A stretch of DNA of 43,383 nucleotides, filler included, from Nanobdellota archaeon (GTDB lineage: Archaea; Nanobdellota; Nanobdellia; B33-G15): NCBI GenBank assembly GCA_003660925.1. It is 14 parts of 14 records of this genome, joined end to end, with 100 filler letters (N's around TTAATTAATTAA, not from the genome) between each part and the next. Parts side by side here need not be neighbours in the genome. Positions count along the whole stretch, not along the records: positions 7,427 to 10,664 come from QMVD01000066.1; positions 10,765 to 13,983 come from QMVD01000067.1; positions 14,084 to 17,214 come from QMVD01000068.1; positions 17,315 to 20,372 come from QMVD01000069.1; 10 more parts are not named here. The stretch is one strand, 5' to 3'. The notes beneath the pieces are model-generated. The model did not search any database and was not told where the DNA came from. It was given only the letters and a program-made list of their open reading frames with translations. The first letter of the stretch is position 1; each line of letters begins with the position of its first letter. Shown in pieces: positions 9,122 through 19,167 of this stretch. A program made the position numbers and the translations under genes.

Positions 9122-9290
9122 CTGCGATGACTGCCTCTTCGCCTGCGGTTTTTACCAGCTCCTCCTCTCAGGAGTCGCCCTGGCGGTCGCCTCCAAGACG
9201 AACGATCTCACGATCCTTCTTTCTTTTTTACCGATAATCGCGCTGTTCCCGTGGTATGGCTGGAGGTTTATCAAGTTACTAATTAAATAA
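9105..9290 (+). CDS. Small two-TM membrane protein with N-terminal CxxCxxxC
   Basis: PDCDDCLFACGFYQLLLSGVALAVAS...; overlaps integrase stop; TTG at 9114 is an alternative start. Confidence 0.5.
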   Translation: MVSLPDCDDCLFACGFYQLLLSGVALAVASKTNDLTILLSFLPIIALFPWYGWRFIKLLIK

Positions 9291-9326
9291 GATTGAAAGA
9301 AAATGGGGAAAATGGGTGGTTGGATG

Positions 9327-10073
9327 TCAAAGGTTATACGCGCAAAACAAATAAAACAAATTAAGACAAAAATGTGCGAAAACAGAACAAGAAATATTTC
9401 TTGACAAGTAATAAACAAGTGCGAAAAAAATTCCATTGAGGAACACTGTGTAACTCGCTTCAAAATCATGGTTTACTGTAAAGACTAGCGATTGAGATAT
9501 TAATGCCCAAAGTAGTAGGAGGCCAAAACTTAAAATTTTTTTACTTGGATTCTTTTGGTAGAGAGAGTTCAAAATTGGAGTCCCAAGGAGAAGTGGGAAA
9601 ACAATAAAATACCGCTCATATACAAAACCCCTGAAGAGCCAAATAAACGAAACAGGTAAGAAAAAAGAGAGAGAAATAAGGGAAAAAATCATGAATTGTT
9701 TTTTTAGCGTCAGTTGAACGCTGTTAATCAGGGCAGAAAAGAGAATTTTTCTGTGTACTAACTCTTCAAATATTGGTGCAAGTATCAAACTGATTACAAC
9801 TCTTACTAGTACAGAATCTGAAGGTTTTTCTAGTGGAAACCACAAAAATTCTAGAGAAAACAAAACCAGCGTTGCTAGAAAAATGCACGCAAAGACTTTA
9901 GGAACATCCCTGAGTTTTCTGGGTGTTATGACAAGTTCCTTCTCCTTTCTCAGAAAAAATCTCAACAAACAGTACTGGGAAAAGGTCACTAAAAAACCTA
10001 CAATCAAAGAGGCTGACATCCTTACTACTACAAACAGTGTTCTTTTTATGTTTTGTTGTAATTGTTTGCTCAC
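9327..10073 (-). CDS. CPBP (type II CAAX protease/Abi) intramembrane metalloprotease
   Basis: APIFEELVHR (EExxxR), FTVNH (FxxxH), AHFCLN (HxxxN); visibly AT-rich. Confidence 0.88.
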   Translation of the reverse strand: MSKQLQQNIKRTLFVVVRMSASLIVGFLVTFSQYCLLRFFLRKEKELVITPRKLRDVPKVFACIFLATLVLFSLEFLWFPLEKPSDSVLVRVVISLILAPIFEELVHRKILFSALINSVQLTLKKQFMIFSLISLSFFLPVSFIWLFRGFVYERYFIVFPLLLGTPILNSLYQKNPSKKILSFGLLLLWALISQSLVFTVNHDFEASYTVFLNGIFFALVYYLSRNISCSVFAHFCLNLFYLFCAYNL

Positions 10074-10124
10074 TTAACACTTCTTTATTTAATAAATACT
10101 CCTCATTCACATTCTCCTTATGAG

Positions 10125-10562
10125 ATGTTCGTCCTCACACACCTCAGCTTCGCGATTCTGCTAGCTTTTTGGTACAAGCTCCCCTTACTCCCCCTGCTCC
10201 TCGGCTCAATTCTCCCTGACATCGACTCATCGAGAACTCTAATCGGAAGGATCCTAAATCCCATATCTCACTTCATCTACAAAAGGTTCGCGCACAGGAC
10301 GATAACGCACTCTTGGATCCCCTTGCTTCTCCTCTTGGATCTATATCTCGCCACGCGAGAACATTTTGTACTCTTCTTCTTGATCGGTTACGCCTCTCAC
10401 ATCTTCTTAGATATGTTCAATACCTCAGGTGTGGCTTTCCTCTACCCGAAAAAGCTCTATTTCGTGCTTACAGACGCCCAAATTGAGAGTTTCAAGAAGT
10501 ACGACTTCCTGCTCTGTTTCATCTTCACTCTGCTTTCCTGGTGGCTTTTTCTCGCGGGGTGA
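10125..10562 (+). CDS. YdjM-family membrane-bound metal-dependent hydrolase
   Basis: THL...GSILPDID...HRTITHS...GYASHIFLDMFNTSGV; start MFVLTH. Confidence 0.9.
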   Translation: MFVLTHLSFAILLAFWYKLPLLPLLLGSILPDIDSSRTLIGRILNPISHFIYKRFAHRTITHSWIPLLLLLDLYLATREHFVLFFLIGYASHIFLDMFNTSGVAFLYPKKLYFVLTDAQIESFKKYDFLLCFIFTLLSWWLFLAG

Positions 10563-10590
10563 GAGGGAACAATATATGGAAATGTTTTTT

Positions 10591-10664
10591 CTAATCGTAA
10601 CTTTTCATTATCTCGTCGAACTTTTCCTTTGTTATCCAAATAACGTTGTCCAAAATTTTTGGCG
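10591..10664 (-). CDS. 3' end of an unknown AT-rich gene
   Basis: PKILDNVIWITKEKFDEIMKSYD* read from the contig edge. Confidence 0.4.
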
Positions 10665-10764
10665 NNNNNNNNNNNNNNNNNNNNNNNNNNNNNNNNNNNN
10701 NNNNNNNNTTAATTAATTAANNNNNNNNNNNNNNNNNNNNNNNNNNNNNNNNNNNNNNNNNNNN

Positions 10765-11018
10765 AAGCTCACTACAATATCCCTAGCGATGCTTCCCTCC
10801 GCGTTGTTCCTCAGGATCAAGCTCAGGTAAGCGCTAGAATTTGGGGTCACCTTTTCCACTTCCACCGTTGGCATCCCCGGCCTGGTGGGCATGCCGAACT
10901 GAAGTATTCCTAATCCCTCGAACTCCTCTAACTTCGTCTCCTCAGCGGTTTGCTGTACACATCCTAGGACGAGGAAGGCAAGCAGCACTAGGACGATTTT
11001 CTTACCCACAGTACTCAC
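10765..11018 (-). CDS. Putative lipoprotein, 3'-truncated
   Basis: KKIVLVLLAFLVLGC lipobox-like signal. Confidence 0.7.
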
Positions 11019-12363
11019 CCGTTACCGAGATCGATTCCCTTACGATGTAGTCGTAAAAGGCGTCCGCCCTTACCACATAACTCTTCCTGTTCTCCCCTCC
11101 CAAGTCTATGGGGTTCTCAGTGAAGTTGAGGACGCACGTGTAGCTCACGTACTGCTTCGCATTCTTCGTCAGTTTGCACACGTAATAATCCTCCTCGATT
11201 TTCTGACATTCTGCATTCAAATCCCCTTTCACCTCGTCGCAATTGTCATAACACTCGAAGTTGTCCCCCCCACACATTCCCATGTCCCTAGGGATGAACA
11301 GATAAACGTCCCCCAACCTCAGGAGTTCTCCATTCCCCTCATTCCCTAAAGCCACCTGGAGTATCCGAGAAGGTTGATTGGTGGATATGGGCTGCTGACC
11401 TATGTCTAGTTTCAGCTTCACCGGACCATAGGACTGAACTGCGGGCACCTCTACTTGGGGGACTTGTTTCAACAACATGTAATCTTGATCCGCAAAGGTT
11501 ACTTCTAATCTGGACTTCACGTGATATTGAGTAGCAGCATATCCATATATCCTACACGTGAGATCATAGTCCAATCCGGGATCGGATAGATCGATGAGGT
11601 CTGTTATCTGCCTCAATTCGTTGGGATACAGCTCGTCGATCTGGTGTCCTACCTTATAGCAATGACAGTTTACGACTATCTCCCTCTCTTCGCACTCAGG
11701 GGTCCTCAGACCGGTGAGGGTTAGACATTGACCCGTCTCACTCAAGCAAGAGACGAAGCCATCGCAACCCACCCTCACTCTCTTCAAGTTTGGCAGCATG
11801 TCCCCACACTCTCCTTCATCCAGGTTGGGATCGAGGTAGAAACCAGCTTTTATGTCCTCTATTTTCAGTGTGCCAGTGTTCTTAATGATGGCGGAGAGGA
11901 GTATCTGTCCGCCATAGCACGTGCTGGTAGGTGACACCATGAGGCTTTCCACATCGAATCCCACGTTGGGAACTGCATACGTCTCCGCGGATTGTTCATA
12001 GATAGTATCTTGTACCCCCAGGTAGTGCTTGTATTCGGGTAACTGGAATAAATTCATCTGCTTCTTCGTGGTCCCCAGGAAGTTCAGCATGTCCGACCAT
12101 ACCATGGGAAGTTGTCCAGCAATCCAGCCCCATATCATGGGAAGCACGACGAAGTACACGAAGGGGACACAGCCTATGACTATGAACACCCCCTTCAAGA
12201 ACTTCTCATCTGGTGTCTCCGCTGGGACGAACATCCAGACCAGGATGGGGATGAGGAGTGTGAGCCCGAAGAGGCCGAACACCCACCAAGAAACAAATCC
12301 AGATATGACTAAGATGCTGATGTACAGAACCCAAGTTACTCTCCTTTCCCCCTCTTCAGGCAA
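11002..12363 (-). CDS. Membrane-anchored Cys-rich surface protein (Ig/CARDB-like strands)
   Basis: N-terminal TM helices; LSAIIKNTG, LQVALGNEGNG, YVVRADAFYDY; many Cys. Confidence 0.75.
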   Translation of the reverse strand: MPEEGERRVTWVLYISILVISGFVSWWVFGLFGLTLLIPILVWMFVPAETPDEKFLKGVFIVIGCVPFVYFVVLPMIWGWIAGQLPMVWSDMLNFLGTTKKQMNLFQLPEYKHYLGVQDTIYEQSAETYAVPNVGFDVESLMVSPTSTCYGGQILLSAIIKNTGTLKIEDIKAGFYLDPNLDEGECGDMLPNLKRVRVGCDGFVSCLSETGQCLTLTGLRTPECEEREIVVNCHCYKVGHQIDELYPNELRQITDLIDLSDPGLDYDLTCRIYGYAATQYHVKSRLEVTFADQDYMLLKQVPQVEVPAVQSYGPVKLKLDIGQQPISTNQPSRILQVALGNEGNGELLRLGDVYLFIPRDMGMCGGDNFECYDNCDEVKGDLNAECQKIEEDYYVCKLTKNAKQYVSYTCVLNFTENPIDLGGENRKSYVVRADAFYDYIVRESISVTGEYCG

Positions 12364-12364
12364 T

Positions 12365-13468
12365 TCATCTCACCACTTCGACCTTACCCACATCTAAGAG
12401 GCCCGGACTCTGAAATTTTATGGTGTTCCTTTCCCTCACGTCCTCTCCTTTGATCTCAACCTCATTCCATCCCTGCCTTGCGGGATTCAAGACGTAAGTC
12501 TTACCCGCGCTTTCCAATACTAAGTTGAGCACGCTAGGCGGGAGGATCCTCTCCTTCACGTAGACCCTTATCTTCACGCTCCTCCCGGGAGAGGCGTCAA
12601 AGTTCATGACCGGGGTCTTCTCAGCCACTTGTCCCATGAGAAAGGCAAGGGTGAGTTTTCTAATCTCGTACACCCCACCTGCTTCTGCCTCTACTTCTAG
12701 AGTGTTCACTTCTCTGATGTCCACCTCCTTAATCTTAGAATAAATCCCTTCCTCTGGCCTCCCCCTGTAGATCTCCTCCCCATTGAACTTTATCACCAAG
12801 TCCCCATTCCTTTCATTTCCACCTATGCTCAGGTTCACTTGGACGAGAGAGCCATACCTCTCCACATTGGTCGTGTCCAAATTAATGGAGAACCTTTCCT
12901 CTACAGGAGTATATCTCTGGACGTATATATTGAGGTCTTTCAAGGAACATGATTGTGTCTCCCAAAAGACCCAACCATTAAACCTACATATTATCTTTAT
13001 CGTGTTGGTGGCATTCACATCCTCGAAGCTCAAATTCACCTCTTGGGGTGAGTCGAACTTCCCTCTCACCTTGTCGTTGAACCGAACGACTACACTCGCC
13101 CCCTTTAGTTCTTCTATTCGAAAGGACAAGTCCACCGTCTTCGTGTTCTCATCCGCACTTACCTCAAAACTCCTGCTGTCAGAGTAGATGATGTTAGAAC
13201 TGAGAAAAAGGCTCGTCTCGTGTTTTTTCAATGTCCTCCTGCTCGGGTAAGAGACGAAGAGGTTCTCATATTCCCTGATTCCCAGAACTTCTCCCCCCTT
13301 TGAGCCCCCCACAAGCCCTATTTGAGTTTCTATCCTTTCCTCCTCCACTGTCTTGTTCGTCACGTTCAGGAATTCCTCTGCCTCCTCAGGAGGCATCATT
13401 ATCACGTAAAACACGAAAAGCCCGAGAAACAACAACAAGATGATTGGAATCGCAGCTTGACTTTTCAT
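12365..13468 (-). CDS. Surface protein with class III (pilin-like) signal-like N-terminus
   Basis: True start MKSQAAIPIILLLFLGLFVFYVIMMPPEE; the upstream part of the tracked ORF is antisense to hel308. Confidence 0.75.
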   Translation of the reverse strand: MKSQAAIPIILLLFLGLFVFYVIMMPPEEAEEFLNVTNKTVEEERIETQIGLVGGSKGGEVLGIREYENLFVSYPSRRTLKKHETSLFLSSNIIYSDSRSFEVSADENTKTVDLSFRIEELKGASVVVRFNDKVRGKFDSPQEVNLSFEDVNATNTIKIICRFNGWVFWETQSCSLKDLNIYVQRYTPVEERFSINLDTTNVERYGSLVQVNLSIGGNERNGDLVIKFNGEEIYRGRPEEGIYSKIKEVDIREVNTLEVEAEAGGVYEIRKLTLAFLMGQVAEKTPVMNFDASPGRSVKIRVYVKERILPPSVLNLVLESAGKTYVLNPARQGWNEVEIKGEDVRERNTIKFQSPGLLDVGKVEVVR

Positions 13469-13519
13469 GCTCTTATGGTGACGATTAACATATATATTGT
13501 TTTTGATTCTTTTGACCCT

Positions 13520-13983
13520 ATGAAGCTCTGGGAGCTTCCTATTCCGGAGAGGCTCAAACTCACTTTCCCTAATTTGGAACTCAGGCCACCTCAAGTTCAG
13601 GCGATCCAAAAAGGAGTCTTGGAGGGGAGGAACGTGGTGGTCTCCTCCCCCACAGCCTCTGGCAAGACCCTCATAGCTGAGCTCGCTGGGGTAAAGAACA
13701 TCTTGGAAGGGAAAGGGAAGATGTTGTACATAGTTCCATTGAAATCCATCGCTAACGAGAAGTATAAGGAGTTCAGGGAGAGATATGATTATCTGAAGGT
13801 CGCCCTCTCCATAGGCGATTACGATTCTAGTGATCCTTGGCTTGAAAAGTATGACATCATCATCACTACTTCTGAGAAGATGGACTCGCTGATAAGGCAC
13901 AGAGCTTTTTGGGTGAGAGATGTTGGGACTTTGGTGGTAGATGAGATACACCTGATCAACGACCTCTCAAGAGGCCCGACCTT
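13520..13983 (+). CDS. hel308: Ski2-like DNA helicase Hel308/Hjm, 3'-truncated
   Basis: LRPPQ, SPTASGKTLIAE, VPLKSIANEK, TTSEKMDSLIR, VVDEIHL...RGPT. Confidence 0.92.
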
Positions 13984-14083
13984 NNNNNNNNNNNNNNNNN
14001 NNNNNNNNNNNNNNNNNNNNNNNNNNNTTAATTAATTAANNNNNNNNNNNNNNNNNNNNNNNNNNNNNNNNNNNNNNNNNNNN

Positions 14084-14428
14084 CAGGATGTAATCCGCCT
14101 TACCCACCAACTTCTTGATGTTGTCCTTCAACTGGGCCACATCTATCCCCGCCACGTCGTGAGGAGAGAGGGAACCTGGTATGATCTTCACTCCTGACTT
14201 ATGTTCGTATATCGCATCCTCTATCTCATTGTCCCCTCTCAGGACATCATTTATGGTGACCGAGTAATCATAAAAGCCGAAGTACATTCCCAAGTGTGAA
14301 GTAGATATGTTACAATCTATGGCGTAGACCTCCCTCCCCCTCTTGGCGAGCTCCACCGCCAAGTTTGCGGTCAGGGTGGTCTTTCCCACTCCCCCCTTCC
14401 CGGAGAGTATGCCTATTACCCTTGTCAT
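14084..14428 (-). CDS. minD: MinD/ParA-family ATPase, 3'-truncated
   Basis: SGKGGVGKTT deviant Walker A; AIDCN...TINDVLRG. Confidence 0.88.
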
Positions 14429-15789
14429 CCTTCTTCCTCCAATTTCCTCTCTATCATGTCTATCTTCGCCTCCAATCCCCGCTTGATCTCCTCATAGCTC
14501 TCTTTGGACAACGCTCCCGTCGAGTATTGCATCTCAATGAGTCTTAATAACTTTTTTGTGCGCTCCAACTTCTTCCTCAACGCCTCTTTTGAGCTCTCCT
14601 TTAAACTTTCTTGCACCTTCATGAGCATATCACTTGGTCTTAGCTTCAGCTTTGCCCCTGGCACGCTCTCTTTCAACCTCGTCAAGACCTCGGCAGAGTA
14701 ATAGCTCAAGATCTTGGCGAGTCTCCTCTGGGACCATATGTGATAGGTGATGATGGAAACTGGAATGAGCATCAATACGAGGAGCATGAACCTGTAATCG
14801 GCGTAGAAGGGAGTTATCTCAAGTTTTCTCGCCCTCAGAAGAGCCTCCTCAGCGTCCGTCAATAGGGATTGTACGTTGGAGAGGGCGATCATGGCATCAT
14901 CGTAGTTCCCTTGCCTCAAGTAGTCCGCTGCGAACTGAAGTTGAACTTCCACAAAGGAGAGGATCTTCTGGGACTCTGTGACGTTGTAACCCTTTCCCAG
15001 CTTGGCTTGTACCTTAGTCTCCAGTTCTTGCTTCTCGCTCGTGAGCTTCTCTATTTCATAACTTATCAAAGCGTATCTAGAGGAGAAGACCCTTAAGATT
15101 CCCTTCTTCTCGTCGAATGCCCCGCTCTCCCCTATCACCCTATAGGTGAGATTATAATCCCTCGTGATGGCTCCCGAAGGAATGGAAATCCTAAACGAAA
15201 ACAAGACTTCAGCCCCAGGATCGAGCTTGTAATAGCTTCTCGGGCTGATGTAGTACCAGTCCTCTGGGATGCCATCTATCACCAGGGAGACGTTGTAAAG
15301 TATCTCGTCCCCTGCGTTGTATATCTTCACGTTCAAGAGGTTGGACCACCCGCTCTCCCCACTTATCTCCTCTGGGTAATCGAGGATCCTCAGGATGGCT
15401 CCTTTCACGGAGAGGGACCTACTTAAGACGGTGAATTGGGTGCTTTGGGATTGGAGGGGAAACCCTTCTCCATAGCTCGCCACGACCTTCAAAAAATATG
15501 GACCAGGAGATTGGGAGGAAAACACGTAGAGGCTCCTTGAGAGGTTCATCTCGGATGGGGCTGGCCCCAAGTAAACCTCAGCAGAATCATAGCTCCATCT
15601 CTCGCCGGTCGGGGACTCAATCCAATACTCCACCTTCACGTCTCCTCCTGATCCGCTTTCCCTCCCCAAAGTTATGGTGAACTCCAACATCTGACCCTGA
15701 TAGACCACCTCTTCTTTCAAATGGATTTGAAGAAGGGAGAACGAGGAGGAGAAGGAAAGCAGCATGAGCGCCAAGAAGAGCTTCCTCAT
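14425..15789 (-). CDS. Secreted/membrane-anchored protein (Ig-like repeats, helical bundle, TM, coiled coil)
   Basis: Signal peptide MRKLFLALMLLSFSSS; VKIYNAGDEILYNVSLVIDGIPEDW; TM near residue 340. Confidence 0.8.
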   Translation of the reverse strand: MRKLFLALMLLSFSSSFSLLQIHLKEEVVYQGQMLEFTITLGRESGSGGDVKVEYWIESPTGERWSYDSAEVYLGPAPSEMNLSRSLYVFSSQSPGPYFLKVVASYGEGFPLQSQSTQFTVLSRSLSVKGAILRILDYPEEISGESGWSNLLNVKIYNAGDEILYNVSLVIDGIPEDWYYISPRSYYKLDPGAEVLFSFRISIPSGAITRDYNLTYRVIGESGAFDEKKGILRVFSSRYALISYEIEKLTSEKQELETKVQAKLGKGYNVTESQKILSFVEVQLQFAADYLRQGNYDDAMIALSNVQSLLTDAEEALLRARKLEITPFYADYRFMLLVLMLIPVSIITYHIWSQRRLAKILSYYSAEVLTRLKESVPGAKLKLRPSDMLMKVQESLKESSKEALRKKLERTKKLLRLIEMQYSTGALSKESYEEIKRGLEAKIDMIERKLEEEG

Positions 15790-15812
15790 GAGTATTTAAA
15801 CCTCGAGTGGGC

Positions 15813-17214
15813 TTATATTTCTTTCTTAACCCTAAAATGTCTGAGCACATAAATTGAGAGAGGCAAGAGCAACATGAGCATGAGGATGATAACGTGATAA
15901 GGGAAGGGATGAAGAGCTTCCTGGTACAAGTCCTCCAGGATGGCATCGGTCTGGGATGCTGCCAAGTCCACGTACTCCTTCGCCTTTGCCCTATCGGAGT
16001 TCATGGCTTCCCTAGCCTGCTCCAAGTAAATGAGGGCTGTGTTTATGGAGAAGAATGCGTTGCTCACGTCCTTCCCTTGGACAGCCAGGTTCATGGCTCT
16101 CGATTTCAGGAAGGAGAAAAAGCCCTCGAGTTCATCTATCTCCTCCATCATCACGTCCTCGGTTAGGATGTCTGATGTGGATATCTGGATAGGGAGTTGA
16201 GCGACTCCTTTATTAGATTGTATTTGAACATAAAAGATTTCATCCTTGGGCTCGAAGAACTTGACGAGGAAAACGAGCTCCTCACCAGGACCTACTTCCT
16301 TGTATGCCCTCGGATGCGCCTCAAAGGAGGTCTCGCCCTGCTTGGAAATGACCATGGAGCCCATGTAGTTGCTCACGTTTACATAGATGGGGACGTATCT
16401 CGGAAACTGGGGGTGAAGGATGAGGTTCCTGGGATGTTCCACGCCCGAGAACACCTCTCTTCCCTCACACTCGGAAGAAGGAAGAACTTCCAGGGAAACC
16501 TTCAATTTGCTCACTTCTCCATCGAAGGAGAAGTTGACCTCCTCTTCGTAGCTCCCAGGAGGGAGGGGCATGACGGAGAAGGGGAGGCCATAAGAAGAAC
16601 CGGTTTCCATTTCTATCTCCCTGACCGAGAAGTTGAAAACGTCCTCGTCATAGCTCAGTCTCACCGAAAGGGGTTCCCTCCCTTCGTTTCTGAGGGTCAC
16701 TAGGGCCCTCGCCTCTTCTCCCTCACATAGTTGGAGGATGACTTCTTTGGGGATCGTGAAGAAAGACTTCTGCGGTATGGGAGTTAAGTTGAACCTGAGA
16801 TATCTCTCAGAGGACTCCAACTTCACAGCCTTCCTCCCATCCTCGTAGTCAGGGTTTTGAAGTATCACCATGTATTCCCCGTAATCCAGGTAATCGGAAA
16901 AGTAATAGCCCTTGTCGCTCTCTCCCCTTTCCACCAAGGTGCCTTCCTTGTAGATCCTGACCGTGAAGTTCCTCACTAACTCCTTATCCGAGAACGCCTC
17001 AATTATGAACCTTCCAAGGCCCGTGGAGACATTTATGGAAAAGTCAACCCATGTGACTTGTTCTCCTGAACTTATTCTCACCTTCCCGACGTAAGACCTC
17101 TTAACGTATTTGGCGGATATCTTGTAGTTGAGGATCCTAGTCTCATTCGGGTTGAGTACAAAAGAATATTGATCGAAAGAGAGGACATCCCTCAGAGAGT
17201 CGTCCACCTCTATG
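15813..17214 (-). CDS. Membrane-anchored Ig-like surface protein, 5'-truncated
   Basis: Beta-sandwich repeats (VTLRNEGREPL), helical bundle, C-terminal TM and basic tail; architecture similar to downstream gene. Confidence 0.75.
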
Positions 17215-17315
17215 NNNNNNNNNNNNNNNNNNNNNNNNNNNNNNNNNNNNNNNNNNNNTTAATTAATTAANNNNNNNNNNNNNNNNNNNNNNNNNNNNNN
17301 NNNNNNNNNNNNNNC

Positions 17316-18014
17316 GCCCCTATCATACCGGTTTCCGCTCAGCACGGGATAAACATAGACGTCCTGCTCGAGGTGATGTACGAAAAGTTCAATCCCCCGG
17401 AAAGGGACTTGAAATCTCCTCCCCTCCTGCTCGTTGCCAGGTCCTTCGACGTGAACAAGCCCGGGTGCGACCCAAAAAAGCTCGTGGGAGGAGTGCTTGG
17501 CGGTGTCCTCAAGAGAGGTATCTTAAAAGTGGGGGATGAGATAGTCATACTCCCTGGGATCAGGAAGGGGGATAAGTGGGAGCCCCTCAAGACCAAGATC
17601 CTCAATTTAAATGCGGGCTTCGGTCCCATAAAGGAGGCAAGGCCTGGGGGGAACATAGGGATAGAGACGAGCTTGGATCCATCCCTCACTAAGGGAGATG
17701 CCTTAGCGGGGAGCGTGGTGGTGAGGGAAGGGGAGGAGCTACCGGTTTGGAACAAGTTGGACCTAGAAGTTCACTTGATGGAGAGGGTGGTGGGAACCAA
17801 GGAGGAGTTGAAGAATGAACCCTTAAGGATGAACGAACAATTGATGTTAAACGTGTGGACAGCCAAGACCTTGGGGACGGTGACCAGCATAAGGGGAAAC
17901 GAGGCGACCCTCTCCCTGAGGATACCTGTCTGCGTGTCCAAGGGGGAGAAGGTAGCCATCTCCAGGATGATAGGAGGGAGATGGAGATTGGTTGGTTGGG
18001 GAGTAGTTCAATAG
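17316..18014 (+). CDS. eif2g: Translation initiation factor aIF2 gamma, 5'-truncated
   Basis: APIIPVSAQHGINID...VARSFDVNKPG...GGVLGG...AISRMIGGRWRLVGWG. Confidence 0.97.
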   Translation, partial: APIIPVSAQHGINIDVLLEVMYEKFNPPERDLKSPPLLLVARSFDVNKPGCDPKKLVGGVLGGVLKRGILKVGDEIVILPGIRKGDKWEPLKTKILNLNAGFGPIKEARPGGNIGIETSLDPSLTKGDALAGSVVVREGEELPVWNKLDLEVHLMERVVGTKEELKNEPLRMNEQLMLNVWTAKTLGTVTSIRGNEATLSLRIPVCVSKGEKVAISRMIGGRWRLVGWGVVQ

Positions 18015-18526
18015 TTTATGCCCTTCTTCGTCACCATCTTCTCTGGCATCTTGGTAGGTAAGACCTCGTTCACGAAGTCCGCTGCCTCAGCGAGCTTGAA
18101 GTCCGCGTACCTCCCTGTCAGGACCACATCTGTCTCCTCCGGGACCTCTTTTAGTAAGGATAAGACCTCTTCCGTGGGGATCAGTCCTATGGCACAGGCC
18201 AGATTTATCTCGTCTAAGACCAGCAAGTGGGGCTTCTCCTTCAACTTTTTCCTAGCGAACTCCAATCCCTCCCTAGCAAGTCTCTTATCCTCCTCCGATG
18301 GGTTCTTTAGGTCAACGAAGCCCTCCCTCCCGAACTGATAGATTTCATATAAATCCTTCAACTCCCCAAGCCTTTCCTTGATCAAGACCTCTCCTATGTC
18401 CTTCCTCCCCTTCATGAACTGGATGATCACCACCTTGTGACCGTGTCCCAAGGACCTCAATGCCAATCCCAAGGCGTTCGTGGTCTTTCCCGCCCCTGTC
18501 CCCGTGTATAAGTATATGTAACCCAT
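18008..18526 (-). CDS. btuR: Cob(I)alamin adenosyltransferase (BtuR/CobO/CobA type)
   Basis: YTGTGAGKTTNALGLALR, IQFMKG, LVLDEIN, VLTGRYA. Confidence 0.92.
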   Translation of the reverse strand: MGYIYLYTGTGAGKTTNALGLALRSLGHGHKVVIIQFMKGRKDIGEVLIKERLGELKDLYEIYQFGREGFVDLKNPSEEDKRLAREGLEFARKKLKEKPHLLVLDEINLACAIGLIPTEEVLSLLKEVPEETDVVLTGRYADFKLAEAADFVNEVLPTKMPEKMVTKKGINY

Positions 18527-18595
18527 ATTTCTCCGATGTTCTTGCTCAATATAAAGATACCTACTTCAAGCTGAGCACGACATTCAAAATCTTCC

Positions 18596-19141
18596 TTACT
18601 TTTTCGCCTTGCTCAGGTATTTCTCCTTCGCCTCCTCGAGCTTCTTCCTCACATGTGCTTCTTGCTCCTCGCTCATGCGGAACTTCTCCTTCATCTCTTT
18701 CACCATCTCACCCACGTACGACTCAAAGAACTCCCTCGCGGCCTTCTCGTCCTTCTTTAACTTTAAGATCTCCTCCTTGAAGATCTTGTACTTCTCCACG
18801 AAGTCCTTCCCGTATCTCTCCTCCAATTCCTTTTCGAACCCCTTGATGACCTTCTCCTTTTTCTCAACCCCCTCAGACTTCTCTTGTTCTAATCCAAAGC
18901 ACTGGAAGAACCTCATCACTTCCTCATCCGAGAATTCCTTCAACCTCGGGCGAGCCCACTTCCAGTAACGGACCAGGGATTGAAGGACCTTCACTCCCTC
19001 CGGCATCCTCGCCTTCCTGATCTCCACTTCCACTAGGTCCCCTTCCTTGACCTCGAGTAACTTAGCAAACTCCTTGGGCACCAAGACGTAAAGAGAAGTC
19101 CCCTGCCTGACCAACTTCTTGACAAAATGTACCTTTTCCAT
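18596..19141 (-). CDS. AbrB/MazE/SpoVT-family DNA-binding domain + helical C-terminus
   Basis: KKLVRQGTSLYVLVPKEFAKLLEVKEGDLVEVEI. Confidence 0.85.
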   Translation of the reverse strand: MEKVHFVKKLVRQGTSLYVLVPKEFAKLLEVKEGDLVEVEIRKARMPEGVKVLQSLVRYWKWARPRLKEFSDEEVMRFFQCFGLEQEKSEGVEKKEKVIKGFEKELEERYGKDFVEKYKIFKEEILKLKKDEKAAREFFESYVGEMVKEMKEKFRMSEEQEAHVRKKLEEAKEKYLSKAKK

Positions 19142-19142
19142 G

Positions 19143-19161
19143 ATAATTATGTTATAATTAT
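19143..19161. promoter_or_regulatory. Tandem palindromes ATAATTAT-GTT-ATAATTAT, putative AbrB operator
   Basis: Immediately upstream of the AbrB-family start codon. Confidence 0.5.
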
Positions 19162-19167
19162 GGTTTA

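Larger units (their letters stand above)
7882..10664. mobile_element. Left end of putative integrated element at tRNA-Ser(GGA)
   Basis: Integrase directly after tRNA 3' end, followed by AT-rich cargo; second att not visible in window. Confidence 0.7.

Noticed and set aside
13469..13951. N-terminal extension of the 528-aa ORF
   Set aside because: Antisense shadow of hel308; the real start is MKSQ at 13468.
18527..18595. Possible right att site if the contigs ending at 10664 and 20372 are two ends of one island
   Set aside because: Gene orientations are compatible, but no tRNA-Ser 3' duplicate is present between the AbrB gene and btuR.
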